Below the pieces are notes generated by a model. That model ran no database searches. It saw only the letters and a list, made by a program, of their open reading frames with translations, and was not told the DNA's origin. Both the position numbers and the translations under genes were made by a program. Positions 29,181-39,901 of a stretch of DNA of 64,000 nucleotides are shown one piece after another. Origin of the DNA: an uncultured delta proteobacterium (lineage in GTDB: Bacteria > Desulfobacterota > Binatia > Binatales > Binataceae); NCBI GenBank assembly GCA_963765675.1, contig CAVXXK010000006.1, forward strand, positions 224,001-288,000. Direction: 5' to 3'. Position 1 is the first letter of the stretch. The number at the start of each line of letters is the position of its first letter.

Positions 29181-30836
29181 TCAGCGGCCGCGGCGCGGCG
29201 GATTCGCCATCCGCCGAGCAGTCTCGCCGAGTGCGCCAGCCGGATGAAAGCGGCTGTATTCTTCGACCGTCAAGCCGCGCGCGACTTCTAGCGCAACCGA
29301 TAATCCCGCCAGCACGAACACTTCCGCCAGCACGCTGATACGCGGCGCGAGGCCGAGTCCGCCGCCTTCGTGGCGCACGGGCGCATACATCACCAGGTCG
29401 GCCAGGTTCGCGAGGTCCGAGTCGCGATTTCCGGTGACCGCGATAATGTCCGCGCCCTGATCTTTGATCGCGGTCGCCGCGGTCGTGAGCTCGCTCGTGT
29501 TGCCGCTGTTCGAGATCGCGATCACAACGTCGTGCGGATGCACCTGTCCCAGGCTGCCGTGCAGCGTCTCGGTCGCGTGCAGGAAAGTCGCGGGCGTGCC
29601 GACCGAGCAGAACAGGCTGGCCGCGTAGCGCGCGACGTGTTCGGGCTTGCCGACTCCCGTCACGTGCACGCGTCCGCCGCGCGCCTGGGCAGCGCGAATC
29701 ATCTCGACCGCGCGGGCGATAGCGTCAAGGTCGAGCGCGCGATGCAGCGTCGTCAGCTCGTCGAGCGATTGGGCGAAGAAGCGATCGATCTCGCGAACCT
29801 CGCGCCGGGCCTGCTCCGCGGGCGAGGGCGGGCGCACGTCGGGAGCGATCGCGCGCGGCGCGGGTAAAGGCTCGCCGTAGAGCTTTTCGATCTCCGCGCG
29901 CAGTTCGAAGCCGTCGGGAAACGCGCCGAGCTGCGTTACGCAAACCGCGCCGGCGGCATTGGCGAGCCTGACGGCCTTGTCCCAAGGCAAGTTCCAGCGG
30001 ATCGCGGCGAGCAGTCCGCCGAGGAACGCATCGCCGGCTCCGGTTGAATCAACTTGTTTGACCGGAAATGCGGGCGCGGCGAGCGCGAGGTCTTTCGCCG
30101 CGATGACGCATCCCTGGTCGCCGAGCGTGATAATCACCGCGCGATTTTTGTACTTGGCGCGGATGCTCACCGCCTGCGCGAGTGCGTTCTTGCCCGCCGC
30201 GAGACTCGCCGCCGCGGACTTGGCAGGTTTCAGGATCGTCGCCAGGCGCATCGCGCGTTCGAGCTCCGCGCGCGTCCCGAGCATCGGCGTTGCGTCGGTG
30301 GCCGGCAGGTCGACGTCGAGGATCGTCGGAATCGAATGCGCGCGCGCAATTTTCAGAATCTCGATCACGGCGGGCAATGGAAGCTGCGAGATCTCCGTCG
30401 ATACCAGGTGCGCGCCGCGGATGAATGCGCCGTGCCGGCGCCGGACTTCCGCGGGCGTGAGCTCGGCGGTCGCGCCACGCGCCATGTAGATCGCGCGGTT
30501 TCCCGCCGAATCGACCAGCACGTTCGCGAACGAGCTCGCGCTCCCGTCGAGCGTCAGGTGGTGCACGATTCCGAAGCGATCCATTCCGGCGCGTAGAAAT
30601 TCGCCGTGTCTGTCGTCGCCTATCTTCCCGAAGATGCCGGTGCGCAGGCCGAGCACGCGCGCCCATCCGAGATGATTCAGCGTCAGGCCGCCGACGCGCG
30701 CACGCTCGATCGCGCCGTCGGAGTCGTGGGCGCTAAGCACGGTCTTTTCGTCGGCACGGATGATTCGCGGCGCGCGGTAGAAAAGGTCGACCACCATGCT
30801 GCCGCATCCGGCTACGTCGAGCTTGGTGTCAGGCAT
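29181..30836 (-). CDS. PfkB-family sugar kinase fused to a KpsF/GutQ-like SIS isomerase domain
   Basis: VDSTGAGDAF PfkB signature; C-terminal GVGKPEH, HGSLG, SNSGNT, LAP, FHPAGALG. Confidence 0.9.
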   Translation of the reverse strand: MPDTKLDVAGCGSMVVDLFYRAPRIIRADEKTVLSAHDSDGAIERARVGGLTLNHLGWARVLGLRTGIFGKIGDDRHGEFLRAGMDRFGIVHHLTLDGSASSFANVLVDSAGNRAIYMARGATAELTPAEVRRRHGAFIRGAHLVSTEISQLPLPAVIEILKIARAHSIPTILDVDLPATDATPMLGTRAELERAMRLATILKPAKSAAASLAAGKNALAQAVSIRAKYKNRAVIITLGDQGCVIAAKDLALAAPAFPVKQVDSTGAGDAFLGGLLAAIRWNLPWDKAVRLANAAGAVCVTQLGAFPDGFELRAEIEKLYGEPLPAPRAIAPDVRPPSPAEQARREVREIDRFFAQSLDELTTLHRALDLDAIARAVEMIRAAQARGGRVHVTGVGKPEHVARYAASLFCSVGTPATFLHATETLHGSLGQVHPHDVVIAISNSGNTSELTTAATAIKDQGADIIAVTGNRDSDLANLADLVMYAPVRHEGGGLGLAPRISVLAEVFVLAGLSVALEVARGLTVEEYSRFHPAGALGETARRMANPPRRGR

Positions 30837-31965
30837 GGGGACGCACAGCCCGCGGAACTTCCTTGAGGTGCGGGCGCGAGCCGGTTTCGCTGACCCATCC
30901 GGCTTCGAGCGTATCGGCCGCAAACCGCCGCATCGCGCGGATGCGCGTGACAAGCTCACGGCGTTCGCCGGCTTCGAGCGTGGGCGAGCCTGCCGCGACC
31001 GCGTCGCTCTCGATCACGCCGAATTCGCGCAGCGCCGCCTTGTAGCACGCGATTACCGGACTGTAGGGTTTTCCCGAGCGCGTGAATTCGCACGCGGCGC
31101 GCAACTGACCGGTAGCTTCGGCGTAGCGCCGCATCAAGCCAGGATTTCCCGCGCGGCACACGCGCCATGCACGCTGCCACTCGCGCGGCATCACGTTCGA
31201 CGCGCCCGAGACGACGCCGTAGGGCATCGCGCGCTGAGTCAGGTAGCGGTTCCATCGATGGCGGATCGTTCCCGAGAGTCCGTCGGCGGGCGCGAACAGA
31301 TCGAAAATCAAATACGGAATTCCGGCGTACACCGCGAATTCATGCGAGAGCTTGAAGTGCGAGGCCGCGCGCGTGTAGTTGCCGAGCACGGCCTTTCCGG
31401 CTGTTACCTTGATGCCGCGCACGTACGCGAGGCGCGCCATCTGTTTCACGTCGCGTGTATGCAGATGGGGAGATTTGCCCGGCGCCGCGATGTCGGCGTT
31501 ATCGTAGAGAAAAATCGGAATCGTCTTGCCTCGGCGTATGAAGACTGCACCGATCTCGCGCTCGACGAACTCGGGCGGCGCGGCGAGATCTCGAATCGAA
31601 AGCGGAGCGATCACCGCGGCGTCGGCGTCGAGATCGAGTGCATACTCGAGGTTCGCGATCGTCTCGGCGCGCGTATGCGCGGTGATTCCGGCCCACGCCT
31701 CGACCTTGCGCCCGATGCGCGCCGAGATGCGGCGGCATTCGTCCACCGCGATCCGCATCACGTCCTGCCGGCGTGGATTATCGATCCGGTCCCATTCCCC
31801 GGTCGTGCCCGCGGCGAACACGATGTCGGCGCCGCGTCCGTCCTGTACGACGAAACGCACCAGGGCGCGCTGCTCGTCGTCCAGCACGCGGCCCTCGCGA
31901 TCGAAGATGGTGACGATCGGCGTCGAGAGTCCGGGGCGCGGAAGGTATTCGTCAATTGATGGCAT
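30829..31965 (-). CDS. Dihydrodipicolinate-synthase-family (class I) aldolase/lyase
   Basis: GTTGE, FLYDN, GIKVT Schiff-base Lys; 8-nt overlap with the downstream gene. Confidence 0.85.
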   Translation of the reverse strand: MPSIDEYLPRPGLSTPIVTIFDREGRVLDDEQRALVRFVVQDGRGADIVFAAGTTGEWDRIDNPRRQDVMRIAVDECRRISARIGRKVEAWAGITAHTRAETIANLEYALDLDADAAVIAPLSIRDLAAPPEFVEREIGAVFIRRGKTIPIFLYDNADIAAPGKSPHLHTRDVKQMARLAYVRGIKVTAGKAVLGNYTRAASHFKLSHEFAVYAGIPYLIFDLFAPADGLSGTIRHRWNRYLTQRAMPYGVVSGASNVMPREWQRAWRVCRAGNPGLMRRYAEATGQLRAACEFTRSGKPYSPVIACYKAALREFGVIESDAVAAGSPTLEAGERRELVTRIRAMRRFAADTLEAGWVSETGSRPHLKEVPRAVRPHA

Positions 31966-32015
31966 CGCGGAAATCCTAGCAGAAAGCGCGTCGATCCGCT
32001 CGAAGGCCGCCAGCC

Positions 32016-32699
32016 TCAGAGCAGGGCGATTCCGACGAAGGTTTTGAAAAACTTGTGGGTTTCGGACGAGGCGTACGGCTCCATCTTGAGCTCCAGGCGC
32101 ATGCGGTAAAACCCGTCCGGCATCGCGGCGTCGGGCGGCGGATTGTCCGCCCATACCGCGCTCTTGGCGGCGTCGACGAAGGTCCGATCGACGATTCCCT
32201 TGCCGCTGTGTTGTTCCACCACTATTTCCTTGAGCTTGCCGCTCGGGTCGAGCGTGGCGGTCAGCACGACGGGTTGCAGATCGGAGGGCAGACTAGCGTG
32301 TCCGATATTGCCGTTCGCTTCCTGCAGATAGACCGCCTGCCACAGGCGATCGACCAGCACGCCCGAGAAGCTTGCGAACTTCGCCGCCTTGGGATTTTGC
32401 AGCTTCTCGATACCCGGAGACTGGTCCGGACCAACATGGCGGACGGTGCCCGGCGCTTCTTCGCTCGCGCGGACCGAGCCGGGAGCATTGTAAACGTGAG
32501 TAGCGGCAAACGCGGCCGACGGATCCATGATCGGGTTGATCGGCTGAGTCGACAGCGTGGAAAGATCGTTGACGAAATGCGGGGTTGAAACCGCCCCGGG
32601 CTCTTCCGTATCAGGCGGGTTGAACAGACTGCATCCCACGAGCGCGGCCGCGAGCGCGTAGCTGAGTAAAGCGCACACCAGAATCCTTGGTAGTCTCAC
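32016..32699 (-). CDS. Lipoprotein with TonB/TolA C-terminal-like domain
   Basis: Lipobox LVGC; VVLTATLDPSGKLKEIVVEQHSGKGIVDRTFVDA...PPP. Confidence 0.7.
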   Translation of the reverse strand: MRLPRILVCALLSYALAAALVGCSLFNPPDTEEPGAVSTPHFVNDLSTLSTQPINPIMDPSAAFAATHVYNAPGSVRASEEAPGTVRHVGPDQSPGIEKLQNPKAAKFASFSGVLVDRLWQAVYLQEANGNIGHASLPSDLQPVVLTATLDPSGKLKEIVVEQHSGKGIVDRTFVDAAKSAVWADNPPPDAAMPDGFYRMRLELKMEPYASSETHKFFKTFVGIALL

Positions 32700-34204
32700 T
32701 TGTCCTTCGCCTGCGCCGCATCGAGCGCCAAAATCCGCTGCCGCGCACTATTGTAGTCGCTCGCGAAGGCGTCGAAAAGTTCCTCGCCGAATTTGCGCTC
32801 GTCGCTGCGCACCGCTTCGTTGTGCTGGTCGGCAATCTTGTCGCCCACCTTGGCCAGGAACTCGAGCGTCGGCGAGTATTCGAATTGACCGGTGAACCCA
32901 AGGGTGTAGCGGTCGAGTCCCTCACCTGTGCGGCGCGACGCGAAGGTCGAGGTCAGTCCGCCGTTTCCCTGGGCCAGCACGCGCAGGAACTCGCCCGCGA
33001 TCAGGTCGATCACCTTATGGATACCCGGCGGTGCGATCAGCTCGGGCACTTCGTTCATCGTGTTGATCGCGACTATCGAGTCGCCGTCGCGCCGGTAGTC
33101 GGTCGTGAAGCCGACTTTTTCCAGCCCGAAGACCATTCCCAGCCGGTACACACGCACAGAAGCCTCAGTCCGGTAGCTGCCGTGCTCGACGCTCTGGATC
33201 GCGACGCTTTCCCCGGCAGGGCGATAGTTCTTGTCGAACGGGGCGAGCAGGCCGTTTCGGTCCATGAAGATCAGGTGCATCCGTCCGCGATCGAACCGCG
33301 AGATCATCCAATAATTTCCCGCCGCATCCTGGATCGCCGACTCGGCCACCAGCACCGGCGCGACCTTGCGATAGAAATCATAAAGATGCGGATACGCCTT
33401 CAGCGCGTCCATCCGGACCTCAACGTCGGCATTGAACAGCACGGTCGGACCGCCCGCGTCGTCGAACTCGTCGAGCACGTTGTGAAAGATGAGATAGTGA
33501 TCGAGCTTGGCGGCGAACGCCGGCATCTCGCGATGAAACCGCGCCAGCGCGGCGCGATCATGATGATTGAATTCGCCCGGCGCGGTGTCCCACGGCGCTT
33601 TCAGATCGCCATGAATCTGCCGGAGGCCGTCCGCCGCCAGATCGACGACCGCGCTCGCGGGATAGGTGTCCATCAACAGCTCGCCGGCGAGCAGTCCGAC
33701 GACGCTCGAGGTCCCGGTATCTGGCGTGGGAACCGGCGTGATCGTGAACTGGCCGGCCATGTGCTGAGGAGCTTCGGGGCTCACGTACTTGTCCGTCAGC
33801 TTGTAGAGGTACTCGCCCGATTTCGGGCCACCCGAGACGGCAATCTGATGCGCTCCGTTCTTGAGCGATTGCCACGGAATATCCGGCTGGGAGTAAAGTG
33901 CGGAGGCGCGGATCAGAGTCGATTCGCGCGGTGGCATCTTTTCGACCAGCTTGGTCAGCGCGTCGTCCAGCTCGGGATGAAACGAGATCGCGCGCTGGAA
34001 GGTGAGCTGACGATCGAAGATCAGGATCGCACGCGCCGCGCGGTCCGGTCCGGGCGATGCAAGCTCGATGATCGGTGCGAAGATCGTCTCACTGTCGGGC
34101 GCAAACCCCGGCGCGACTGCGGGAAGCGTCGGCGCTGGTTTGGCGGACGATTGCGCAGTGCCTTCGGCACGTACAAGGCTGGAAAACGCCAGTATCGCCA
34201 GCAT
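32696..34204 (-). CDS. Secreted hypothetical protein (about 500 aa)
   Basis: Signal-peptide-like start, natural composition, GTGA coupling to the lipoprotein; start uncertain (34204-34240). Confidence 0.7.
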   Translation of the reverse strand: MLAILAFSSLVRAEGTAQSSAKPAPTLPAVAPGFAPDSETIFAPIIELASPGPDRAARAILIFDRQLTFQRAISFHPELDDALTKLVEKMPPRESTLIRASALYSQPDIPWQSLKNGAHQIAVSGGPKSGEYLYKLTDKYVSPEAPQHMAGQFTITPVPTPDTGTSSVVGLLAGELLMDTYPASAVVDLAADGLRQIHGDLKAPWDTAPGEFNHHDRAALARFHREMPAFAAKLDHYLIFHNVLDEFDDAGGPTVLFNADVEVRMDALKAYPHLYDFYRKVAPVLVAESAIQDAAGNYWMISRFDRGRMHLIFMDRNGLLAPFDKNYRPAGESVAIQSVEHGSYRTEASVRVYRLGMVFGLEKVGFTTDYRRDGDSIVAINTMNEVPELIAPPGIHKVIDLIAGEFLRVLAQGNGGLTSTFASRRTGEGLDRYTLGFTGQFEYSPTLEFLAKVGDKIADQHNEAVRSDERKFGEELFDAFASDYNSARQRILALDAAQAKDK

Positions 34205-34324
34205 TGCGGCGATCGAAATCGTGGTTAAGTTACGTCGCAGGAAGGTACAAGAGCTGCGAATTGTGTGCGATCGCAGTGGATGATATTCTCTCAAGTAAGA
34301 GACTGGACCGCGAGAGTTGAACAA

Positions 34325-34525
34325 ATGAAAGCCGCAATCCATCCCGTATACCGTCGCTGCGTGGTTACCTGCGCCTGCGGCAACACGTTTGAGACCCGCT
34401 CGACGGTGGGAGAACTCCACGTCGAAGTCTGTTCCAAGTGCCATCCGTTCTACACCGGACAGCAGCGCCTGGTCGATACCGCTGGCCGCGTCGAGCGGTT
34501 CAAGCGCAGGTATGGAATGAAGTAG
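34325..34525 (+). CDS. rpmE: 50S ribosomal protein L31 (zinc-binding type A)
   Basis: MKAAIHPVY...CACG...[24 protein letters not shown]. Confidence 0.97.
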   Translation: MKAAIHPVYRRCVVTCACGNTFETRSTVGELHVEVCSKCHPFYTGQQRLVDTAGRVERFKRRYGMK

Positions 34526-34602
34526 CATAGTAACTCCCGCCGCCCGAGGTTGCGGTCCGTAAAAGGATCGCAGCACCTGCGGGTGCGCGGGGGATTGGTC
34601 TT

Positions 34603-34634
34603 GCGGCGGGATGGTTCCCGCCGCGTTTGTTTTT
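34603..34634 (+). terminator. Rho-independent terminator between rpmE and prfA
   Basis: gcggcggga-tggt-tcccgccgc followed by gtttgttttt. Confidence 0.7.
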
Positions 34635-34684
34635 GGGGCCCGGGATTTCCCGAGGGGGACGGACGCACAGTCGCCCGGACGGCA

Positions 34685-35746
<1,062 letters not shown>

Positions 35747-35754
35747 GAATACCG

Positions 35755-36639
35755 ATGGCGCCCCGGAACTACGCCGAAGACCGCCGCGCTCATGTCGTGC
35801 GTATGCTCGAGGCTGCCACTGCGCGCTTGACGCACGCGGGCGTAGAATCTGCACGCTTGGATGCTGAGTTGATTCTCGCGCGAGCCATGGACACGAATCG
35901 CAGTGCAGTTGTCTCCGCGCCGATCGAGATTTCCGCAGCCGCAGCCGAGCGCTTTGAGGCGATGCTCTCGCGGCGTGCGGCGCGCGAGCCGCTCGCCTAT
36001 ATTCTCGGTTCAAAAGAATTCTACTCGCTCGAATTCGAGGTCACGCCCGCCGTGCTGATCCCGCGTCCGGAGACCGAGTTCCTGGTTGCCACCGCGCTGG
36101 AATTCGCGGCGCAGCATTCCGGCATTCGCGTGCTTGATATAGGTACCGGTTCGGGCGCGATTGCGATTTCGATCGCGCTCAACGCACCAAGCGCGATCGT
36201 CGTCGCGGCGGATATCGAGCAGGAGGCGCTCGGTGTCGCGCGGCGCAACGTCGCGCGGCATCATGCAGAGGATCGCGTCGAGCTGCGGCTCGCGGACATT
36301 TTCGAGCCTCTCGACGGGCTCGCTGCTCTTGGGAACTTCGATCTGATCGTCTCCAATCCGCCCTATGTCGAAGTCTCAGCGATCGATTCGCTCGCGCCCG
36401 AAGTCCGCGAGTTTGAGCCTCCCGCCGCGCTCTTCACCGGTGCGGGAGCGCTCGAATGCTACATGAGGATTGCCGCCGGCGCGTGCGAGCATCTGAATCG
36501 CGGCGGTGTGCTGATGGTCGAGGTTGGAGCGGGGCAGGCGGAGGCGGTTGGCGCGCTCTTTCGCGAGGCGGGATTGCACCTTACGGGTGTGATAAACGAT
36601 CTGGCCGGGATCGCCCGCGTCGTGACGGCGCGAGTCTGA
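35755..36639 (+). CDS. prmC: Release factor glutamine methyltransferase
   Basis: LIPRPETE, DIGTGSG, VSNPPY; follows prfA. Confidence 0.96.
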   Translation: MAPRNYAEDRRAHVVRMLEAATARLTHAGVESARLDAELILARAMDTNRSAVVSAPIEISAAAAERFEAMLSRRAAREPLAYILGSKEFYSLEFEVTPAVLIPRPETEFLVATALEFAAQHSGIRVLDIGTGSGAIAISIALNAPSAIVVAADIEQEALGVARRNVARHHAEDRVELRLADIFEPLDGLAALGNFDLIVSNPPYVEVSAIDSLAPEVREFEPPAALFTGAGALECYMRIAAGACEHLNRGGVLMVEVGAGQAEAVGALFREAGLHLTGVINDLAGIARVVTARV

Positions 36640-36646
36640 ATTTCAA

Positions 36647-37906
36647 ATGGACAAGATGATCATTCGCGGCGGAAAGCCGCTGCGCGGCACCGTGTCGGTG
36701 AGCGGCAGCAAGAATACCGCACTGCCGATTTTGATTGCGTCGCTGCTCACCGACGAGCCGGTGAAGCTCTACAACGTGCCGCGCCTGCGCGATGTTACTA
36801 CGACGCTGGGCCTGCTCGGCGATCTCGGCGCCGAAGCGCGATGGACCGGCGACAACGAGGTCGAGGTCTGCGCGAAGAAGATCACCTCGCACGTCGCGCC
36901 GTATGAGCTGGTCAAGACGATGCGCGCGTCGTTCCTGGTGCTGGGTCCGCTGCTCGCGCGCGAGGGCAGGGCGCGCGTATCGACTCCGGGAGGATGCGCG
37001 ATCGGCGCGCGGCCGGTGAATCTGCATATCACGGGAATCCGCGCGCTCGGCGCGAAGGTTCAGTTCCGCAACGGCTATGTCGAGGCGCATGCGCGGCGGC
37101 TCGTGGGCGCGCGTATCTGGCTCGACAATCCGTCGGTCGGCGCGACCGAGAACATCATGATGGCCGCAGTCCGCGCGCGCGGGCATAGCCAGATAGAAAA
37201 TGCCGCCCGCGAGCCGGAGATTATCGATCTCGCCGCGATGCTCTCGGCGATGGGCGCGAAGATCTCCGGCGCGGGCACCCACGTGATTGAAATTGATGGC
37301 GTCGAGCGTCTGCACGGCGTCGAGCACGAGGTTGTTCCCGACCGAATCGAGGCGGGCTCGCTGATGGTCGCGGCCGCAATAACTGGCGGCGACGTGATTA
37401 TCAACAATGCGCCGCTGGCGCATCTGGAAGCGGTCACCGCCAAGCTGATCGAGGCCGGGGTCGAGATCACCCCCGATAACGGCTCTGTCCGCGTGCGCCG
37501 CAACGGCAAGCTCAATCCGGTCGAGCTGCGCACGCTGCCCTATCCCGGTTTTCCGACCGACCTGCAGGCGCAGATGATGGCGCTTTTGACGCAAGCCTCG
37601 GGCACTTCGGTTATCACCGAAACAATTTTCGAGAACCGCTTTATGCACGCGCTCGAACTGATCCGGATGGGCGGCGATATCCTGATGAAGGGCGCGACCG
37701 CCGTCGTTCGCGGCCCGACGAAGCTGCAGGGTGCTCCGGTGATGGCGACCGATCTGCGCGCGAGCATGAGCCTGATCCTCGCGGGTCTCGCCGCCGAACG
37801 TAGCACCGAGATTGGCCGCGTGTATCATCTCGACCGCGGATACGAAGCGCTCGATGCGAAGCTCTCGGCGCTGGGCGCGCGGATCGAACGGGTCAAAGAG
37901 TCCTGA
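36647..37906 (+). CDS. murA: UDP-N-acetylglucosamine 1-carboxyvinyltransferase
   Basis: GSKN, MRAS, PGGCAIGARP, PGFPTDLQ, FENRF, TDLRA. Confidence 0.97.
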   Translation: MDKMIIRGGKPLRGTVSVSGSKNTALPILIASLLTDEPVKLYNVPRLRDVTTTLGLLGDLGAEARWTGDNEVEVCAKKITSHVAPYELVKTMRASFLVLGPLLAREGRARVSTPGGCAIGARPVNLHITGIRALGAKVQFRNGYVEAHARRLVGARIWLDNPSVGATENIMMAAVRARGHSQIENAAREPEIIDLAAMLSAMGAKISGAGTHVIEIDGVERLHGVEHEVVPDRIEAGSLMVAAAITGGDVIINNAPLAHLEAVTAKLIEAGVEITPDNGSVRVRRNGKLNPVELRTLPYPGFPTDLQAQMMALLTQASGTSVITETIFENRFMHALELIRMGGDILMKGATAVVRGPTKLQGAPVMATDLRASMSLILAGLAAERSTEIGRVYHLDRGYEALDAKLSALGARIERVKES

Positions 37907-39219
37907 TGAAGCTCCGAATTCTCAAGTCCGGCACGCCGGCGATGCGCCGGTTCGTGGCGATGATAGTCGCGCGGCGCGGCGGCGCCGATGATGCAAAGAT
38001 CAATGACGCGGTCGCAAAGATCATCGTTGACGTTCGGCGCCGCGGCGATCGCGCCCTGTTCGACTACACCCAAAAATTCGATCGCGTGAAGCTGACGCCG
38101 CGCACGCTGCGCGTCACCGCCGCGGAGCTGGCATCCGCGCCGAAAAAGATTCCGGCGCGCGATCGGCGCGCGCTGGAACTCGCCGCGCGGCGAATCGCGC
38201 GGTTCCATCGCGAGACGCTCGAGCGTCCGTTCGCCTTCATCGACGACCTTGGGATGCGCCTGGGACAGCTCGTGCGCCCCTTGCGCCGCGTAGGCCTGTA
38301 CGTGCCGGGCGGGATGGGCGCGTATCCGTCCTCGGTGCTGATGAACGCGATTCCGGCGCGCGTCGCCGGCGTCGAGGAGATCGTGATGGTGGCGCCGCCC
38401 TCGCGCGAGGGCGAACGTGACGCGGTGATGGCGGCGGCGGCGATCGCGGGAGTGACGGAATATTACCGCGTCGGCGGAGCGCAGGCGGTCGCCGCGCTGG
38501 CCTACGGCACCAAATCGATTCGCGCGGTCGACAAGATCGTCGGTCCCGGAAATGCCTACGTGCAGGCCGCCAAGCGGATGGTCTATGGAGTCACCGATAT
38601 CGACAAGATGGCGGGGCCGAGCGAAGTGCTGGTGATCGCCGATTCAAGCGCGCGCGCTGACTGGATCGCCGCCGATCTGATCGCGCAGGCCGAGCATGGC
38701 TCGGGCGACGAATCCGCAATTCTGCTGACGTCCTCGGCTCGCGTCGCACGGGAGGTCGAGCGCGCGCTCGAATCTGCGCTCGCCACGCTGCCGCGTGCGG
38801 TGGCTGTGCGCCGCGTGCTCGATCGCCGCGGCGCGGTGATTATTGTCAAGGACCTGGAAGAGGCGTTCGCGCTGTCGAACGAAATCGGGCCGGAGCATCT
38901 GGAGTTGGAGATTCGTAATCCGCGCCGATGGCTCGCAAAAGTTCGCGCCGCTGGTGCGGTTTTCTTAGGTGCGATGAGCCCGGCACCCCTTGGCGACTAT
39001 CTTGCGGGGCCGAATCACGTGCTGCCCACCGGCGGGTCGGCGCGCTTCGCCTCGCCCTTGGGCGCATACGATTTCCTCAAGCGAACCAGTATAATCGAGG
39101 CCTCGCCGCGCGCGGCGCGGGAGTTGGGTCCGTCGGTCGCGCATCTGGCGCGGATGGAAGGATTTGAGGGGCATGCGCGCGCGATGGAGCTGCGCAGCCG
39201 GGGAAATCACGATGGCTGA
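37906..39219 (+). CDS. hisD: Histidinol dehydrogenase
   Basis: GLYVPGG, YPSSVLM, GPGNAYV, AGPSE, QAEH, PEHLE, AGPNHVLPT. Confidence 0.97.
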   Translation: MKLRILKSGTPAMRRFVAMIVARRGGADDAKINDAVAKIIVDVRRRGDRALFDYTQKFDRVKLTPRTLRVTAAELASAPKKIPARDRRALELAARRIARFHRETLERPFAFIDDLGMRLGQLVRPLRRVGLYVPGGMGAYPSSVLMNAIPARVAGVEEIVMVAPPSREGERDAVMAAAAIAGVTEYYRVGGAQAVAALAYGTKSIRAVDKIVGPGNAYVQAAKRMVYGVTDIDKMAGPSEVLVIADSSARADWIAADLIAQAEHGSGDESAILLTSSARVAREVERALESALATLPRAVAVRRVLDRRGAVIIVKDLEEAFALSNEIGPEHLELEIRNPRRWLAKVRAAGAVFLGAMSPAPLGDYLAGPNHVLPTGGSARFASPLGAYDFLKRTSIIEASPRAARELGPSVAHLARMEGFEGHARAMELRSRGNHDG

Positions 39220-39898
39220 AACGAAGAATCGCAAACGAAAGCCTTTGGCGTCTCGCGCCAGTAACGGAACCAGCCGCGCGGTCGTCAGCGTCACGGGCGA
39301 CGCGCCCCGGCGTTCCGCCGAGATCGAGCGCAAGACTCGCGAGACGCAGATCGCGCTCGCGCTCAAGCTCGACGGCTCGGGACGAGGCGAGGTTTCCACC
39401 GGAGTGCCGTTCCTCGACCATATGCTGGAGAGCTTTGCACGCCACGGCTTCTTCGACCTCAAGATTGGCGCTCATGGCGATATCGAGATTGATGAGCATC
39501 ACACGGTCGAGGACGTCGGGATCGTGCTCGGGCGCGCGTTTCGCCAGGCGCTTGGCGATCGCGCCGGAATCCGCCGCTTCGGCGAGGCAACGGTCCCGCT
39601 CGATGAGGCGCTGGTCACCGCAGTGGTCGATATCAGCGGGCGCGCCTACCTGGGCTACGACGTCACGATCACGCAAGAGCGCGTCGGGAATTTCCAGACC
39701 GAGCTGGTCCACGATTTCATGAAGGCGCTCAGCGACGAGACCGGGATGAACCTGCATCTGCGGATGCATTCCGGGCGCAATCCGCATCATATCGTCGAGG
39801 CGACGTTCAAGGCTCTCGCGCGCGCGATGGACTCGGCGACCACGCTGGAGCCGCGAGTCGTCGGAGCGTTATCGACCAAGGGCACGCTCGCTTCCTGA
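39212..39898 (+). CDS. hisB: Imidazoleglycerol-phosphate dehydratase
   Basis: RKTRETQI, FLDHML, DEHHTVED, PLDEAL, NPHHIVEA. Confidence 0.97.
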   Translation: MAETKNRKRKPLASRASNGTSRAVVSVTGDAPRRSAEIERKTRETQIALALKLDGSGRGEVSTGVPFLDHMLESFARHGFFDLKIGAHGDIEIDEHHTVEDVGIVLGRAFRQALGDRAGIRRFGEATVPLDEALVTAVVDISGRAYLGYDVTITQERVGNFQTELVHDFMKALSDETGMNLHLRMHSGRNPHHIVEATFKALARAMDSATTLEPRVVGALSTKGTLAS

Positions 39899-39901
39899 GC
39901 G

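Noticed and set aside
32687-34228. 513-aa plus-strand ORF and similar long antisense or alternate-frame ORFs (e.g. 42897..44375, 36581..37828, 17986..19344, 46530..47777)
   Set aside because: Arg/Ala-rich shadow frames of well-supported genes, expected in high-GC DNA
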